DNA of 63,576 nucleotides, counting the filler, from Reticulomyxa filosa (lineage: Eukaryota > Protista > Foraminifera): assembly GCA_000512085.1 (NCBI GenBank). It is 20 parts of 20 records of this genome, joined end to end, with 100 filler letters (N's around TTAATTAATTAA, not from the genome) between each part and the next. Parts side by side here need not be neighbours in the genome. Positions count along the whole stretch, not along the records: positions 57,867 to 60,484 come from ASPP01002463.1; positions 60,585 to 63,576 come from ASPP01028343.1; 18 more parts are not named here. One strand, 5' to 3'. Shown here piece by piece: positions 59,065 through 63,576 of the stretch. The notes beneath the pieces are model-generated. The model ran no database searches. It saw nothing but the letters and a program-made list of their open reading frames with translations, and was not told where the DNA came from. Both the position numbers and the translations under genes were made by a program. Each line of letters starts with the position of its first letter. Position 1 is the stretch's first letter.

Positions 59065-61094
59065 ACATGATTGTCCAATCGGACCAAACAAAGATTTTTT
59101 TAAATTAGTAGTCTTTTTTTTTAAATTGCAAGTAATATATTGTTGTTGAAAGAAATCAATTACGCCCATACGATACAAGTACCAAGTGTTAGGTAGGGTA
59201 AGGCGTTAACTTTGTTGGAAGGGTTTTCGCGTCATAAACTAGCTTTTCATACCAACGAAGTAGGAAACGTTGATTCTTTATATACAACCACAACATGTTT
59301 CCAATAAAATGATCACATTTTAGCGACTCGTTTTTACCACGCAACACAAGGCGTCAAAAAAAAACAAAAATGGGAATGAAAGGACGATACAAATGCAGCA
59401 AAGTTTGTCAAACTATGATTTTAGTGGAGATGTGATAGCGTAGTGAAAAGGATTGACGTATTGTTGTAATTTCCGCCAACATTGTGAATACACATTTAAT
59501 TTTTGTTTTTTTTTGGAGATTGAGTTTTCTCTATCTGTTCATTAAAAAAAATTTGAAATAACTACTTCATCCCCTTTTTTTCGCATAATGACAATTATTT
59601 TTGGTCTAACTCCTACAATTACACATTTGGTATATCTAATAGTCTCAACTTTTTTTGGGTGCATTGGTATTTTTTCTATTTTAAAAAATCTTTCGAGTGA
59701 GACGTAATAAATCTCAACTTTCTTTACTCACTTTTGACTTAGAACCATAGAAAAAGGGGTCAACAACTAAAAAAACATGGCAATTAACAGCAAGCCAACG
59801 TTATTTCTAGGACCGATTACACATGGTCATAAAGATACTCACAGTGAAATATTTGGTATTTTGTCGCAAAGTGCCGATGAGAATTATCACAGACATCTCG
59901 AAAAAAATCCAAAGCCTCAAATGATTGCTTAGATAAAGATCTTTGCAAGCTGTTCTTTAATGCTACCTGATTGTTTTAATATCTTGTGCATATAGATCGA
60001 AAATATTTTCAATCATCAAAAACATTTCTGTTAATATTTTTAATTCAACACAAGATCTTCCACTAAAGAATAAAATATTTTCAATGATTTCAATTTTAAT
60101 TTTATTTCATTTCCTTTACAAAGTGGAAATGAAAACATAAAGGTTGCCACTTTATGCTATTGATTTTTTAATCAATTGATTGAAAGAAGACATAATTCCA
60201 GTTTGTCACGTACAATTCAATGCAGAATGCTTGAATATGACGTAGCATTATATGAGCAATTCATAAGTCAAAAATGAAAGCAAATATTTCGAAAAATATA
60301 AAAAATAAAATTGTTTATTTTTCTTATGTGAGAAAACCGTGTATAGTTTAGTTTTAAAAAAGTGAAAGAATTTACGAATTGAACAGCATAGAAATAAAAA
60401 CAAAGCTGTCGTCCGTCTTACGTATACTGAAAAATTTTACACTGGTCTCAATGTGGTTATTTCCAATCAAATATACAAGCAAAANNNNNNNNNNNNNNNN
60501 NNNNNNNNNNNNNNNNNNNNNNNNNNNNTTAATTAATTAANNNNNNNNNNNNNNNNNNNNNNNNNNNNNNNNNNNNNNNNNNNNTCTTTTTGTTGTTCGT
60601 TGCAATACTATCATCTGACTTTATAAATGCAACGTCTCATCAATGCCTGCACTTTGTGCATCAACGCATCCCTCGTATTTTCATGCTGCAATCTCTCTAT
60701 TGGTATCTCCTCGTTCAATCTCTTAATATCCTTTTTCGGATCACACAAACGATTCACCAACACAGACTCGTTCACTTCTGTCTTCACTTGTTCCTGTCCC
60801 TGTCTCTGTGTATGTCTCTGTTGCTGATGATATAAGTACATTCGCTTCAGATACTTCACTTCTTTCCATTTTCATCGTCTTTTCTGTTACCATGTTGCAT
60901 ATGGGTGCCTTCTTTGGTTCTGTTCTTGGTCTTGGAACAAAACAAAGCAATAAGGGTATGAAAAGTATATTGACAAAGAGATATTTTTTTTTTTGATTGG
61001 TTTGAAGAAGTGACAGTTGTCAACCAATCAAACAAAAAAACAACACGTCACTTTTGATAAATCTATTTATATACAAACTTGGATCTAGATTTTC

Positions 61095-62199
61095 CAATTG
61101 CTGTGCAAAACCCGAACTGGTGTCAGTCTTGGTACTCATTTCCAGTGGGGTACTTTCTTTGTTATTGATATAGACTGTTTTGTTTATGTTCCAATCCTCT
61201 CAAGTAGTTGGCGACTATGTCCACATGTGATCTATTATGACAACGATGCCGATTCAAGAGCATCGTCATGCAATCATCGTTCTTGTCCAACACATCACAG
61301 CAGAAGATCGATGCTGATTGAGGTAGTTGTTGTTTCAATTTCACCTGAGTCGTTATATATGTTTATATATATATAAATATTTTTTATTTTATTCATCATA
61401 TACAACACACTTTCACAACTACTCTCTTGTTCTTGTTCTCGTCAATTTCACAACTGAACGGCAGACAAAGTCACGATGATGATAATTCACAAACTCGAGA
61501 CACTTTGTGCAATGACTGAAATGCAGCGAACGGAGTTGAATGTGCAACGGCACATTGAGAATGAAAAAATCGATATCGTTCCCGCGATGGCGTAGCACTG
61601 GTCTCCCAACACGCTTGCGTAGCCCACCATTTCTATATGTGCGTAGATCACTCGGCAATGGCAGATCGACTAAAACACTTGTCTGATGTAAAAGTACGAG
61701 CCGTTGGGCATAAACCAATTGCTGTTGTCCACAAACACACTCCCGCATGCAGACTCGTTGCGCTTTAGTCACTCTTTTAGCTCGCGTAATTCGTCCATTC
61801 GCTCCGCTCGACGGTTCAGCAATGTGTTCAATTTATCAGTGGTCACGTTACTGTCTATCATCACTATCACTTCCATTCCGCAACGTACAAACCACTCCTA
61901 ATTTATTTTTGTTTTTGCTTTTATTTCTCTAACTCTTTCTCTTGATATTCCTACACAACAGTTTGCTCAGTACTATCTTCATTACTGCATTGACTTGACA
62001 CTTTTGTCGGATCTTTTCGTTGTAACCCCAAGGTTTCCACTTCAAAGAAATTTATATGTCATTGTATTTGTGAAGAAGGAAGCAAAGCAAAAGATAAATG
62101 AAATGTGTTTTTAATATTTGAATACGTATAGTACAGTCAAAGTATGTTTGTTGTAATGAACTGGAGATTCGTCCATCGTACGCTGCGGATAATTGGCAG
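61095..62199 (-). pseudogene. Asteroid/FAM120-like XPG-type PIN-domain gene with in-frame stops
   Basis: EWFVRCGMEVIVMIDS....DKLNTLLNRR..R, P..S...IRQV, and CYAIAGNDIDFFI. Interrupted by TGA/TAG stops and a frameshift. Confidence 0.55.
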
Positions 62200-63576
62200 G
62201 ATTTACAAGTCGATACTTGGAAGCCACTCCGATCGTCATGTCAACAAGTTACAATACTAACAAGATTTGGACAATGAAATTCTATGCCAAGTTTTTTTTT
62301 TTGAAGTAGATTTTTTGATTATTAGACTTTTTTATAGTATTACTTTTCTAGAAATTTCTTACTAAATTCGATTTTGGTTTTTTGTTTCAAATAAATACAA
62401 AATAATATATTTGATAAAGTTCTAAACAATTTCTTAAAAATTTTTTAAGTTATTGAAAAGGGTTCAATTACACATTTGTACATGTCAAAAGACAAAATTT
62501 TTGTTGACAATTTTTTGCTATAAAAATCCATCAACCTAAGTAACTTTGTTGGCATGTTAAACGCTGCCATTTCCTTGAATAAAGCCTTTTATTGATAGAC
62601 TCCAAAAAAAATGGAGTATTTTTTTACACTTCAATCAAAAGTAGAGTTGAAAAAACTTCAAGAAAAAAAACTACATTGATTTCCTAGCTCGCTTTTGATT
62701 ATTTATTTGGAAGGTTATTATGATTGAGGACAAATTTATTAATTTACAATTTGGATTATTATAACTATCGTTGAAATATGTAATGTTTCTTGAATGTATT
62801 AGGATGCAGAAGAGAAACATGATGATTTCACAAAAACTGTTTTTTGTGTATATTTTTTGTTCTGTTTATCATATTCATTCTAAACTTGTTTGTGATAAAA
62901 TGAATGTCTAATTTTGTCAATTCCAAAATGCAAAATATTATCGATTAAAACATTTTGGATAATAATTGAGCAAACATTAATGCAATTTTGGTCTTTTTTT
63001 ATCGTGTTTATTCATTAAAACTCAAACTAGCTTTTTTGGAGTCGCTCGAATGAATGCAGAGTTTTTTTGGGTGGTCACTCCAATTAATGTAGAGTTTTTT
63101 TTGGAGAAGAAATAAGTTACATGTGTGATTATCAATTTTTTTGTACAACTGTTTTAGTTGCAATGAAATTCATTTTAAACCTGGATTGATGGTTTTGGAT
63201 CAATTGTATTGATCAATAATTATTTCATTAATTAACTCGAACCCTTGCATTCATTTTGTCTAGTGCATACACTTTGACGAGGGCAATCAAAATATGCCTC
63301 TTTTACATGATACTTTGAGTTCTTTCTATCACTTGCTAGTGCTCACAGTTTCACATGACAATCTGACAAAATGACCATTTGTGGTTTTACTTAACAAATT
63401 TTGAATAAAAAGTTTGTTTAAAGACAAAACCATGATTAATACGACTATTCGAATAAATTGAAAATGCAATTTTTGTTTTTGTGTAATAATTTTCAATGTT
63501 AAAATAATGACATAATCATTATTGGCTTATATATCCTAAAATATCTTAAAACTCACCTCTTTGTAGTTTTTTTTTT

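Noticed and set aside
1474-60584. Regularly recurring TTAATTAATTAA palindrome flanked by N runs
   Set aside because: Artificial contig spacer with six-frame stops. ORFs running into X residues are artefacts.
61600-61800. Stop-codon reassignment suggested by in-frame TGA/TAG
   Set aside because: Conserved genes here end normally in TAA or TGA with no internal stops. This locus also has a frameshift, so pseudogenisation is simpler.

Overview
This is not one continuous locus. It is 20 short contigs joined by 19 identical artificial 100-bp spacers (44 N + TTAATTAATTAA + 44 N), so adjacency across spacers has no biological meaning. Nineteen contigs are AT-rich, intron-containing protist DNA. The style of the Kelch, WD40 and ART-like families suggests a foraminiferan such as Reticulomyxa (inference only). 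One contig (47411-48511) is GC-rich alphaproteobacterial DNA (lnt plus an XRE regulator). Recognisable genes: GNA1, a SET2/ASH1-type methyltransferase, RBM19/MRD1, SMP-30-like, VPS45, SmE (4 exons, missed by the ORF track), a DEP protein, nitrobindin, Serinc (plus two decayed copies), RasGEF, a PHD protein, an ADP-ribosylglycohydrolase, Piwi, a Cet1-type RNA triphosphatase, histone H2B with a canonical 3' stem-loop, a CD225/dispanin protein and a LINE 3' end. The best candidate for a new system is at 8243-13247: an NLR-like STAND receptor with a UBA-like domain, a Zn-binding module, a RelA/SpoT-like nucleotidyltransferase, NACHT, pentapeptide repeats and at least 13 WD40 repeats with variable surface positions. 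Signals absent from the ORF track include a multicopy C/D-box snoRNA family with a U1-like guide, an atypical type II tRNA-like element beside a repeat array, two further structured RNA candidates and a MITE-like element. A LOTUS/EF-hand/pseudokinase fusion is also present. Several single-base frameshifts look like pyrosequencing homopolymer errors. All domain calls come from reading motifs by eye; no searches were run.
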